Assembly (NCBI GenBank): GCA_025786725.1
Contig: JAHLTZ010000058.1
Span: forward strand, 18,985 to 82,984
Source of the DNA: Syncephalis fuscata S228
Lineage: Eukaryota; Fungi; Zoopagomycota
DNA length: 64,000 nucleotides
Reading direction: 5' to 3'
Shown here: positions 49,607 to 62,790 of the stretch, in pieces
How the letters are laid out: each line of letters starts with the position of its first letter
Position numbering within the stretch: position 1 is the stretch's first letter
Position numbers and translations under genes: made by a program
Notes under the pieces: generated by a model
The model's input: only the letters and a program-made list of their open reading frames with translations
Database searches by the model: none
Told to the model about the DNA's origin: nothing

Positions 49607-50007
49607 TGTTTGGGCGTAATCGTATGTATACGAATGTTTAGTATTGTTAGGTAAGATAGAAGGCAAAGTTGGCCGATTTCAAATCAGATAAATTTTAATG
49701 TTATACGTGAGACGAAGAATAAACTACGCTATTGCCTGCAAAGAGTTATTTATCGTAGTAGATGAGCGAAGAGTGAGAGAAGACTAAAGAAACATCAAAA
49801 TTAAAAGTGGCTACTTTATAATATATGCTTATTGCCATGTGTTAATTGCCATTTAAATATTTTGAAGTTAAACGTTTTAAATTGCTAAAATAAATTAAAA
49901 GCTTCCTAATTAAGTAAATAAAATGGCGCTGTTTCAATTGTTTTATTTTTAATAAGGGTAACACATTATCACGGTAAATGTTACAGTAGTATCGCCACTT
50001 TTACAGT

Positions 50008-51083
<1,076 letters not shown>

Positions 51084-51264
51084 TTAATATTATTACATAT
51101 ATTCATATTGCTATGATAATGTGAATGAGCAATATATCATGCAATTAAACAAATCTATTAAATTATATGTAAACATACATAAAGTAGTACATATATCGGA
51201 TATCAACATTATCACTAACTTTATATAAGCACTATGCTATTGATTAATAATAGCTACAATTATT

Positions 51265-52573
51265 TTAAAAGTGTGATTCCAGTGTACTAGTGTGATATAA
51301 TTAATAAAGTGTAAGCTAAAAATGATTACAATAGCTTATTTAATGCTGTATTATTATGTACAACTTTACGTAAAATAAAGTAAACTGCGTGATATTTTGC
51401 ACAAGCATGCGTATAATATATAAACAGCTACTGGTAAAGTGTGGTGATGTTGTATTGTGTGATGATGTAATGCTGTACTAATACGCTAATAAATGTGTAA
51501 TAATATCAGTTTTTACAAATTATGCCTTATATAACTAAAAGATATCAAAACAATTGTTGGATTTGACTTCTCCATGCTTAGCTGAACAGATTGGTATAAT
51601 TTATGGAGCAATGATTTTGCAAAAATAATTATTCAAAAATGCAATCTACGTATTTCTAATTTACTTTAAAAAGTGCAAATATTAGTACATACAACTTACG
51701 TAAATAAAGCAAATCGTCTGCTATTTTGCACGAGTATGCGTATAACATATATACAACTATTGGCAAAGTATACCGTGATTGTATTGTGTTCAGATGCATT
51801 AATTATGATAATACGCTAATAAATACGTAAAAATAGCAGCTTTTTACAGACTATGGCTTATATAACTAAAATACAGCAAAACAACTGTCGGATTCGAGTT
51901 CTCCATGCTTAGTTGTAAAGAATTATATAAGAAATAAAACAATGCTTTTTGCAAAAATTATTACCAAAAATGCAATTTACGTATTATTAATGAAGCTATT
52001 TTATGTTATACGTGTATGCGTATAATATAGATTGTCACTGTATTTTGGTATTTCTGCATACTAGCTTGCTGTTATGCTTATTATGGTATTGTAGAATGCT
52101 TTGTATTTACTTTGATTTGAATTTCGTGATTTTAAAACTTTAATATTAAAAATTAAGTTAATCACTTTTCTTTAGCTAATTTATACGTAAATTGTATTTT
52201 TAAATAATTACTCTTGCAAAAATTATTGCTCTATGTCTTATGCTAATCTGTATAACTAGGCATGGAGAACTTGAATCCAACAATTGTTTTGATATCTTTT
52301 AGTTATATAAGGCATAATTTGTAAAAACTGATATTATTACACATTTATTAGCGTATTAGTACAGGCATTACATCATCACACAATACAACATCACCACACT
52401 TTACCAGTAGCTGTTTATATATTATACGCATGCTTGTGCAAAATATCACGCAGTTTACTTTATTTTACGTAAAGTTGTACATAATAATACAGCATTAAAT
52501 AAGCTATTGTAATCATTTTTAGCTTACACTTTATTAATTATATCACACTAGTACACTGGAATCACACTTTTAA
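51265..52573. mobile_element. foldback/MITE-like non-coding element with long terminal inverted repeats and internal ~300-bp subrepeats
   Basis: 51265-~51580 is a near-perfect reverse complement of ~52260-52573. 51360-51660 is repeated, diverged, at 51690-51990. No ORF. Confidence 0.6.
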
Positions 52574-52912
52574 TACTGCTGCATACTTTCATAGCGCTGG
52601 CGCAACAATCTCAAGTTTAAATTTGTAGACTGACCCTTTATCGGGATTTAAGGTACTATAAATAAAATAAGACATTTCTTGCTGCAATCATAGCTATTAG
52701 AAATAAAGACATTGCTACTATACTGATAATGAGTTTTTGATTCCGTCTTATTTCTATTTAGTTTCATACAAGTTATTCAGTTTATTATATTTGAGGTGTG
52801 CTAATTAATGATTAATAAGAAATGTTTATATATCAAATCAATATAATCAATTAATACATTGTATTCTAAGCGCTGACGTAAGTATTAACAAACATCAAAG
52901 TTAACGTTATAG

Positions 52913-53182
52913 TGTAACACCCGGAACTTACCCCGACTCTTTTTCCCAAGTAATATTAATCATTATTAATGGGAAAGTAATATTAAGTCCGCTCGTATCC
53001 ATAATCCCTATTTTACAGTATAAGTACTTCACATTCATAACAAATAATAAAAACATTAGTATTAGTATCATATTAACCTTGACTCTACTCCAACTTTGAT
53101 TTTATTCTTTATTTTGGTGCCTTATCCAATTAGCAATTAAACCATTGTTGTAAAATTAACAACAGTGCACCAAAAATTTACA
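52913..53182 (+). repeat. 5' LTR (270 bp)
   Basis: TGTAACACCCGG...AATTTACA; matches the 3' LTR. Confidence 0.92.
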
Positions 53183-53246
53183 TTGGCGAGCACAATAGAG
53201 GACCAACGTTCTCCTACGCTTTAAGACTATTACTAGTACAGCGTTT

Positions 53247-53796
53247 CCTTATTATCAATATTATTTATTTAATATTGGTATACTACTTTCTTTATTATCA
53301 ATATTACTGTTTGATATTGGTATATTACTTTCTTTATTATCAATATTGTGTATTTAATATTGGTATAGTACTTCCTCATTATCAATATTATTTATTTAAT
53401 ATTGGTATATTACTTCTTTACTATCAATATTATTGTTTGATATTGGTACATTTACTTTCTTTATTATCAATATTACTGTTTGATATTGGTATATTACTTT
53501 CCTCATTATCAATATTATTTATTTAATATTGGTACATTACTTCTTTACTATCAATATTATTGTTTGATATTGGTACATTTACATTTCATTATCAATATTA
53601 TTTATTTAATATTGGTATATTACTTCCTTACTATCAATATTATTGTTTGATATTGGTACATTTACTTTCTTTATTATCAATATTGTGTATTTAATATTGG
53701 TATACTACTTTCTTTACTATCAATATTATTGTTGATATTGGTACATTTACTACATTTCATTATCAATATTACTGTTGGATATTGGTATATTATTCA
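53247..53796 (+). repeat. 13 tandem ~42-bp hairpin-forming units in the retroelement leader
   Basis: Unit TATCAATATT-N(6-8)-RATATTGGTA plus spacer, counted 13 times. Confidence 0.9.
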
Positions 53797-53852
53797 TTTA
53801 ACAATACTCATTAAACGATATCGAAAGATTGCCCCCTTAACAATATCGCAAA

Positions 53853-55160
53853 ATGGACGATTCAACCAACGTGTGGTCTACACAAGAAGCATCCCACCCT
53901 ACACCACAATGGCAATCGGTTTCCGAGAGCAATGGATGGTCGGATCAGTCGATACGCGAGACCATGAGTCTCCTCTTATCATTATCTCCACAGGAAAGAC
54001 TTCGCCTAGCCGACATCGCGCGCAACAATCATGACCAGATGCCAACCGTTGAGCAATCACCAACTGTGTCAGAGGCAACTCCAGGCAATAATGACCATCC
54101 GGAACAATGGCAAACAAACGCAGATAACCCCCGGCTCACTCACGAACCGATTAATGGAATCCCTGACTTGTCACAGGCTACGGGTGCTCACCCGGTAGTT
54201 ACTACGCAAGACTCAGGTAGAATCCTCGAATCGTTCGATGGAGTAAACCCATGGGCTAATATGCAGTCTAGCCAAATGTCCTGGTTTGCAAACCAACGTT
54301 ACGATAAGACAATCGTTCGGTTTGCAGGATCATTATTGACTGAAGACGCCATTGCATGGCTGGAACAGTACGACGAATGTGCAGAAAGGAATGGTTGGTC
54401 GCACGAAGCCAGGTTAAATACGGTCGGTAGTTATCTGGATGGACAAGCTAAGCTCTGGTGGAAAGCTATCAAACCAAAAGTCACGCATTGGCGCAAAGGT
54501 CGTGGACTACGCGACTCCGGACCTGCAACGTTTTATAATGAATTTCTCAAGGCTTATTTTACAGCAGATATCGTTGCTATTTGGCACCGATGCTTAATGG
54601 AAGGCAAACAACAACCCAACGAGAGTGTAGATATATTCGCCTTACGACTTCAAGATATAGCTAGAAAAGTTCGATATAGCCGTGAAGTAACAGATGAGAC
54701 TATTAGTGACATTTTTATGCGAGGACTGTCACAAGATCTGGAAGTGTCATTACGCGACTACGAAATGATGCAACCACTCGAATCGATTACGCTAGAAAGT
54801 CGAATCAGGACAGCGTCACGACTAGAAGCAAATCGTTGTATACCAACCAGATCGACTATTCCTGTATACCAGAACCAAGCAAATAGTCAACGAACTGATA
54901 ATACACCACGCATGCGACCTAACTATAACTGGCAACAACTAGTCAAACATGAACCAGCAACTGTACAATCGACCGACACCAAGATTAGTCGACTGGAAGA
55001 ACAAATTAGTAAAATGACTCAACAAATAGGTGAACTTACTACTACGTTGGACAAAAAACCATTAGTCGCACGTGACTACTCACCCAGAAAGTGTCGTACT
55101 TGTGGCAGTGCCGATCCACATAACTGGGCCGAATGTAAGCAGAGGAAGGATTTTCGGTAA
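53853..55160 (+). CDS. gag: retrotransposon Gag (capsid + CCHC zinc knuckle)
   Basis: WLEQYDECAERNGWS, YLDGQAKLWW, QQPNESVDIFALRL, FMRGL, CRTCGSADPHNWAEC. Confidence 0.88.
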   Translation: MDDSTNVWSTQEASHPTPQWQSVSESNGWSDQSIRETMSLLLSLSPQERLRLADIARNNHDQMPTVEQSPTVSEATPGNNDHPEQWQTNADNPRLTHEPINGIPDLSQATGAHPVVTTQDSGRILESFDGVNPWANMQSSQMSWFANQRYDKTIVRFAGSLLTEDAIAWLEQYDECAERNGWSHEARLNTVGSYLDGQAKLWWKAIKPKVTHWRKGRGLRDSGPATFYNEFLKAYFTADIVAIWHRCLMEGKQQPNESVDIFALRLQDIARKVRYSREVTDETISDIFMRGLSQDLEVSLRDYEMMQPLESITLESRIRTASRLEANRCIPTRSTIPVYQNQANSQRTDNTPRMRPNYNWQQLVKHEPATVQSTDTKISRLEEQISKMTQQIGELTTTLDKKPLVARDYSPRKCRTCGSADPHNWAECKQRKDFR

Positions 55161-55973
55161 CCGCGGCCCATGCTGAAGGTCAAGTCGTGGTATTACCTAA
55201 AGAACCTACAGACGAGCTAGCGTTAGCCGCAGAGAAGCGCGTCAAATCAATCAATAATCGAGATACGCCATACATTAAAACGCGTAATCAACGACGTGCT
55301 CATACCCAGTCAATAAATGAAGAAGTCCCGGTTGATACCCCACCAACGATATCAACCACTCCAATTAACCACCTACCTAAGGTCGTATCAATATCAGAAC
55401 CGCCAGAAGAAATTATACCAGAAGCGGATCCGATTACTACACCTATTCAATCTACCACATCATCGTCGATCGTAGAAGATGCAGAAATGGAAGACGACAA
55501 TGCAGCAACAACGATCGATAAAAGGACTGTAAATAACAAGTCTAATCGACCCAAATTTTCAGCCAAGTTACAGAAGCTAGTACAATTGTTAGAGACACGC
55601 CGACCGAAAGGCAGTGATACTTACGATATTAGCGACAAACTAGGCAATTGCAAGGTCGACATTACTTATGAGGAATTAACTGAATTCTTGGATGCACAAA
55701 TACACCCAGAAAAAGGTACTTATGCACCAGTTCGAAAGAAGAAGGTTAAAACAACGACTGAAGCTTTACAAGTCGACACAATATTCCCTCGTATACCTGA
55801 TGTTAAAGCATTATAAATTACTACCTAAGTGGGACGGACCGCGCACTATTATTGCTAGACACACCCCAGCCGTCTATACGATTAAGATTAAAGGTCAACT
55901 TCGTAAGGTTCATCGTGACCGTCTGAAACCGGCTCACACCTTTGATGCTTTTCCTGACGCTATAGAGGACTAG
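55148..55973 (+). pseudogene. deleted pol: N-terminal spacer fused to integrase C-terminal (GPY/F) remnant
   Basis: Possible -1 frameshift motif GGATTTT before the gag stop. ORF 55187-55816 has no protease/RT/RNaseH motifs. KLLPKWDGPRTII..VYTIK..VHRDRLKP lies just before the PPT. Confidence 0.75.
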
Positions 55974-55994
55974 GCGCGTCTTAGAAGAGGGGCA

Positions 55995-56261
55995 TGTAAC
56001 ACCCGGAACTTACCCCGACTCTTTTTCCCAAGTAATATTAATCATTATTAATGGGAAAGTAATATTAAGTCCGCTCGTATCCATAATCCCTATTTTACAG
56101 TATAAGTACTTCACATTCATAACAAATAATAAAAACATTAGTATTAGTATCATATTAACCTTGACTCTACTCCAACTTTGATTTTATTCTTTATTTTGGT
56201 GCCTTATCCAATTACAATTAAACCATTGTTGTAAAATTAACAACAGTGCACCAAATTTACA
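55995..56261 (+). repeat. 3' LTR (267 bp)
   Basis: Matches the 5' LTR and is preceded by the PPT. Confidence 0.92.
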
Positions 56262-57503
56262 ATATTATAGAATGATATAGGTAGATAGAGATATATGCAT
56301 ACTGGATAATGGATCTATGATGACGAGTATTTGATGATTGATGTCACTCACCATCCATCATCATGTTTAATAGATTGGATGTTATTAAATTTAGGGGGTG
56401 GCAGGCAAATGCTGCAAATGCGCGGTTAGGTCCTACAAACCGTTGTCTCACTCAAGCTAATAAATCCAAATCCAAATCCAAATGTTATTAAATTTAGTCA
56501 TTTGACCCCCCCCCCAAAGCACTCTAAATAGTTGATTACCTGTCTAATAATTTTGTATGGCATGCAATATGCCATGCGATCATCACATTTTATTTGATTC
56601 CATTAGTAAATGTCAGTGCTCGCATACTTTGAAAATTAAAAAAACAAAATGTTGTGTAGTAGTGCCATGGCTTCTTGTATAAACTATGTATTCAAAATTA
56701 ATGAAAGGATAATCGGTTTAATAATATAAAATTAAATTTTATCTTTGTTTTTCTTTAGCATGGTATTAACCGCTACACCACGTGCATCTGCTATATGCTT
56801 CCAGTTAACGTAAGTCTGCTTTTACGCCATTGAAAAAAGGAATCGGCAATGATGAGTGATAACGTGCTATTCTCGGGGTTCTTCGGGCATTAACCGGTAA
56901 TTATTACAGATTAGCATGCCTTGTCAAGTCAATAAGCATTACTGCCATTATAGCTGTTTGTTTAATGCTGTCGCGTGGATCCTTTGTGCTAATCCAGTCT
57001 GTGATATTCCAGCTAAGTTGCTTTTTTACCATAATTATCGAATCAACGGCATCTGATTCGAAGACAGCACGTCCATCGTGGCGGTAGCACGAGAAACAAG
57101 GCGGCAAAAACCTGTTTATTACTGCATTCGGCAGATGTGTGTTTGTAGACAAACAGGATAAGGAAGCAGCAAATACATCAATGACACAAAATTTCCAAAT
57201 AAAGGTCATTTATAAAACTAGAAAGGTCAATATTGGCGTATATGATTGATTTTTTCACCTGTGCTTCTCCTGAAATATACAGCACCTTGACTGGTATAAG
57301 ATCAGGACAACACTAAGTCGAGTATCAGTATCAGCTTTTCTCCTTGCTTTCTGTTTGCTCTCTAAGTATCCTATTATAGTTTGCTCATAACCAGCTACTG
57401 TATTGTACATTTGCTCAGTAGTTACAGTTGTTTATTCTTCTTTGTGCTAGGCTGTGTTGTGTTGCTCTTGTTTAGCTATTAGTTATATAAACCGTGTTAA
57501 ACA

Positions 57504-58642
57504 ATGGGCATTAATATAAGTCTTCCCAGACGCGGGAGCCAAAGGAGTTCTAGCACCAATGGAAAAAATTCACAAGGCAGCGGATCCGGTCGACAACGGT
57601 CCAAATCCGACTGCTTTGTATACGAGAAAGGACGGCGCTTTCACGGCGAAAAAGATGTGCCTTACCCTTTACCCAATGATTTAAACGAAGTGGATCGGTA
57701 GGTACTAGATATGTATAGTAAGAAATATATGTTTTTGACAAACTGTTTATCATTCTGACGTTTAGCCTTGATTTGCAGCATTTTATGATAAGATACTCTC
57801 TTAATGGTAATCATGTCTGTAAACTCAATCATCCGCAAAAGATGATTGACATTGGTACCGGTACTGGTATATGGGTCATGGTAAATAAATAAGAAAATAG
57901 TGGTTTTATTGCTAATAGATCGATATTTCATCAATATCCGCTGTGACCAATTGGCAATCTAGGAAATGGCATCAGAGTTTCCTGAGTGTCAGGTTTTTGG
58001 CATTGATATATCGGCAATACAACCAAAAGCGATTATACCGCCTAATGTGCATTTTGAGACAATGAACATTTTAGAAGGTAGATTTATTTGATTAGCATAA
58101 ACAATATGCTAAACATTATATATGTATAAAAAGGTATTTCTTACGAGTCCAATTTGTTTGACTATGTACATCAACGGTTGTTGTGCGCAGCAATTCCCGA
58201 ACTATATTGGCCAGAACTTGTAAAGGATTTAGCGCGTATCTGTGCACCTGGTGGCTCAGTAGAGATTATCGAGTCGTCCGCGTTGCTCTATAACGGCGGC
58301 CCATTGTGCGAGCAGGTCAACAATTGGTTTAATAACGTATGTTATTCGCGTGATATTCGGCTCGAGAAAGTATGGGACATTCCCGAGATGTTGGAAGCGG
58401 CCGGACTAAACCTTGAAACAGAACATTATATAAGATTGCCAATGGGCGAGTGGTGCAAAGAACTGGGCAGCACGGGCTGGCAAGATTTACTCAGTATTAT
58501 AACGTCAGTACGTCCTAAGATTATAGCTACCAGCCATATTACTGATGATGAAATCGATGCTGTTCTTGAAAATTTACACGAGGAGATTATTGCTGGACAA
58601 GCTCACTGGAAGGTTGGCATATTTATCGGCCATAAGCCATAA
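57504..58642 (+). CDS. class I SAM-dependent methyltransferase (LaeA-like family)
   Basis: GRRFH..YPLPNDLNEVDRLDLQH, IDIGTGTGIWVMEMASEFP..FGIDIS, FDYVHQRLL, APGGSVEIIE. Three introns. Confidence 0.88.
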
Positions 58643-59465
58643 ATGATTGCCCTAAAAAATATAATTACTTATCTGATCGGCATTCAGTTATGCCTGCGCA
58701 ATTCACCGTAAATGTAAATAGACTTTATTGATTATTAATAAATATTTATACAATTAACTATTTAATAGGATGTACATAGTAAAGATGTTCATTAAAATAG
58801 TAGCAGTTAACAACACTAATTTGGTGTATTATTTTTAGAATAATCTTTATTAAATAATTATTTTATCTATGCTATTCACATCCAAGTAATATTGCATCAT
58901 CATTTATTAAATACTACTACTAATGTTTGGGTTGTGCATTAATACACTTATATCATATCGTTTTGTAGCATCACAAACTATTCTAATATGTAATTACATA
59001 TGTAGCTTTATAGTTGGATACTATTTGGAAGTCTATAAATCGCTTAGATAGCGACATTTGAACTAGAGATATTTGATTTATACTATTGCCGCATATAAAA
59101 ATGGCTGATTACTGGGTGTTAGATATAAGCATTTTCATAATTTAAATTCCTCCACTCCGTTTACTGTTCTAATTTGTCATTCAACACGTGGGTCGTTTTA
59201 GAAATCAGCCTATTTTATACAACTAGCTTACTTATCCAATAACATTTGAATAGATGGTTTCAAGTTATACCATTTTGATATTCGCTGTCACTTTTATCAG
59301 CCAAAACCATTCAGATGGATATACGCTATATATATCGGCATTTTCTTTTTTTTTCACGTAGTTCCTCATCTTCACAAGACATACCATCTCCTCCACCTTT
59401 TAACGAACAACTTTTCATATAAAATATATTTCTTGCGCAATTTAAATAGATAGAAATATACAATA

Positions 59466-60655
59466 ATGATTTTTGATTTCAAATCCACCTTTACTGCTGC
59501 CGCTGGCGCCTTGATAATAGTATCGATTGGCTATAGCGTTGATGCACGTCCAGAAACAAGTGATGACGGTCAGTATTCTGCTGATCTATTCCTAAGTGTT
59601 TATGCTAACTTCATCCTAGTAAAAAGGTTTTATGGCTATCCGCTAACCTCGGGCAATCCGTTTTCTAAGAATGATCTAAAAATTCAAAAGATTTTTGAAC
59701 CAGTTGACACCAGTAATTCGGCTGTAGCATTGTTTAGAGGAAAGACATCTATTGTAACTTGTATTCCCAAAAACGAGCCAGTTGATTCTCTTTACCAAGT
59801 ACGCTACGCATAATAGCAATTTAATGCTGCCTAATGCTAATTGGTCTGATAGAAACTGCTAGGAAGAAGAATCAAAGATGAAGCAAATAATATTATAGAA
59901 CAAGGACCTACTTATAGTTTTGATCTTTACGAAAAATCAGCAACTTGTTACGTCACACCATATCGCTGTGATAAGCCCATTAAGGCTTATGGACAAGAGT
60001 TGGCAAAGAAATATGGTTCTGCAGCCCAATGGAACGACTATGCTCAATTCAAGGAATCTAAAAAACAATTTTCAGAAACTCGTTTTTTAGATGAAGAGAA
60101 CATTAATGCTAAGGGAGCAGCTATAATTAAAAAAATTAAGAATCGTAAGCAACTGTACCATTATACTAAAAATAAAAAGCTAATAGCTATACTAGTTATA
60201 CTTGCTACGCGAAAATTGGGCTGGAACGTCAATGATAACCTTGAAGGTAAGTAAAGTATGCTAGTATGTAATCCGTAATGTTAATATGTTTTTTAGATGT
60301 CTGTATCAATGGTAATGGGGAAGTTATATCATTAGTAAAATACGACAAAGCTTACACGCTAGCCTTTGGCGGAATGAGGCCAAATCAAATAGAAGGCGTG
60401 GCCTGGCGTACAAACGAGCTTACTATAAACATTATGAGCACATTCGCTGTACCTAAGGTTCAACCTTTTATTAAGATTTGTATAAAGGATCCCGCTGGCT
60501 ATCCTAATGCGTGGAAAAGCGAAAAAACTATTTGCAAGTTTGCTAGAGAAATCCTTGTTAAATCGCCAGTCAATTTTGAATCCGAGGCTAGTCATAGTGA
60601 CAGTTTGCCGCCAAACTACCATTCGTTGGGTGATCCTCCGCCTTATACTCCATAA
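59466..60655 (+). CDS. secreted protein, probable degenerate protein-kinase fold (pseudokinase), C-terminal PPxY motifs
   Basis: Signal peptide ending VDA-RP and about four introns. CYVTPYRCDKPI resembles the hinge; LGWNVNDNLEDVCINGNGEVISLVKYDKA aligns by eye with catalytic-loop to DFG spacing. Confidence 0.55.
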
Positions 60656-62094
60656 TTGTTTGGCTTAATATTTGCTTGACACCTATTAATAAAAATATAA
60701 TTGTTTGACGTGCATTTGTATTAATAACTGTAGTAAAACTTGTAGCTGTCTCCCATCAATGATAACAACTATATTTGTTCGCTAGTGATGATAATAATAA
60801 TGCAGACTGATATAATACTAGTCTCGTTCAACTAAATAATCTAGATAGTTTTTTAGCATTGTTACGATTATAAAATATCACTAGCAATATCAATACGAGT
60901 AATTTTTATAAAGTCTATTCCATTTGCGATAAAACGCCAACCATTGATAATACATTGCATGTAAAACTGTCAGATGTGCAATGATGTTGCACCATGTTGC
61001 AGTCACCCAGCAAGCAAGCAATAGCACCGGATATACAACGATAATAGCAATACAAAATAGTAAATACAGCAATTCTAATATTAGTAGCTTATTAGCAACA
61101 GAAAATAGTATATTTGTATTACCGAAAATACCAGTAGTTTAATATTGACTTGATTATCATACCCCACTGATCACAGAATAAGCAGCTATAGTATGTGCAA
61201 TATTATTCTAGTTGCTATTTAACTCAATGCTATTTGTGCAAACTATTGAGTAGTCATACTTATTAGAATACAAGTCAGTATAGCACTGTGTCTTAAAGCA
61301 TTCCTCTAACTACATCCAATGTTGTATTAGAAAGTAGTCAACGTGTCAGAATGACTAAATATTAACTAAACTATTTTATTATTCGCTATATACGGCATAA
61401 TATGTTGATGTTGAATACTTTTATTTTCCGAATGTAAAAGTCTAACAATTACAAACATATACAATAGTTTATGTGTAGCCTTAATACAATAAGCGGTTCT
61501 GACATCAACCCAGTATTCTGACACATAACTAATGCATACGCAATAAATATACTTGCTACTTTATTTGCTTATTCTATTTTCTGAAAATCAATACCGCAAT
61601 ATTCAATTGCTATTTTCTGCTATCTACTTTAATCCCACCTAGTTATATTTGTCTTTCTAATTCAATAGGCTGTCTTTAAGTCATATTGCATATACTGTAC
61701 CCACCACGACCTACCGGACTGGTCATAACATCTATAATACTTTATATAAGTATCTATCATTACAATGAGTGCACGCCATATAACTTTAGCATACATGTCA
61801 ATATATGGCAAAGTAAACTAATAATTAGTTTATTGATAAATAATTAAAAGTTAATTAATTAATTTAAAAATAAACACTTGCCAATAGTATTTATTATTGT
61901 TTACAAGTAATTTTATTATGCGCTTAGTGAATATAAAAGCTGGCATTTTATAACGTAAATAACATCAATACATACTGAAATATATCGTAGCAATAATCAA
62001 AGTACAATTAGCTGTTTTATTTGTACGTCACGTGATTTATGAAATATATATGTAATTTGCGTTTTCCAAGAAGGGAAATATTTTGACCACTTTT

Positions 62095-62166
62095 GCCCCA
62101 ATAGCCTAATGGATATGGCATTCGCCTTCTAAGCGAAAGGTCCGGGTTCGATCCCCGGTTGGGGTA
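62095..62166 (+). tRNA. tRNA-Arg (anticodon UCU)
   Basis: Acceptor GCCCCAA/TTGGGGT, D arm, anticodon arm TTCGC-CTTCTAA-GCGAA, T-loop GGTTCGATCC, downstream TTTT. Confidence 0.95.
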
Positions 62167-62790
62167 CTCTAACCGTTTTGCTGCGTTTTTGTATATTTTG
62201 CTGCTGCGTAAACAAGCGCTGTTGTTTTTTTGGTCGCGTAAGGCTTGCGTATACATAGATATATAGATATGCAAATATAGGTAGTTTATTAATTATTTGT
62301 TGTATTAGTGTAATAATAATGGCACTGCTTATTATCATTTTATAATTAGTGATTACTATCATCACACATTATTGTCTTTGTTACATGGCACACTGGCTAT
62401 CAAAACTAATCATAGCTGTATTGTTTTGATAAATTCGGCTGTTTTATTGCTACTAATAAACTAGTTTATACCATTATTAAGCTTGGGTGAAAGATAGTGC
62501 AAACAGTGTACTCAAATACGAGTAATGTAAAATATACAGTGTTTATTACCATGCTAACATATATACTGTAAGTTTTAAGTTATAGTGACATATTAACCAA
62601 AAACAAATACACTAGCTAGTTATTACTTTTATTAAATACACAGTTGCTTAAGCATCAGTAAAACAAATAAACTATAAAGCAGTGATTTAAACTGTATATA
62701 ATCTACACTTATTGCATCTATTTTGTGTTTATTTCCAAGTATTATTTGTACTGCAATTTAATTAATGAGCTGTAACAACACTTATGTTTA

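Larger units (their letters stand above)
52913..56261 (+). mobile_element. non-autonomous Ty3/gypsy-type LTR retrotransposon (intact gag, pol deleted)
   Basis: TG..CA LTRs 52913-53182 and 55995-56261, differing by ~3 indel nt. Putative PBS TGGCGAGC at 53184, PPT AGAAGAGGGG at 55983, gag with CCHC, integrase C-terminal remnant. Confidence 0.9.

Noticed and set aside
53275-53526. Tyr/Leu-rich ORF in the retroelement leader
   Set aside because: By-product of the 42-bp tandem repeat.
60890-61072. Hydrophobic minus-strand ORF as a membrane protein
   Set aside because: No ATG start and no supportable exon structure or family.
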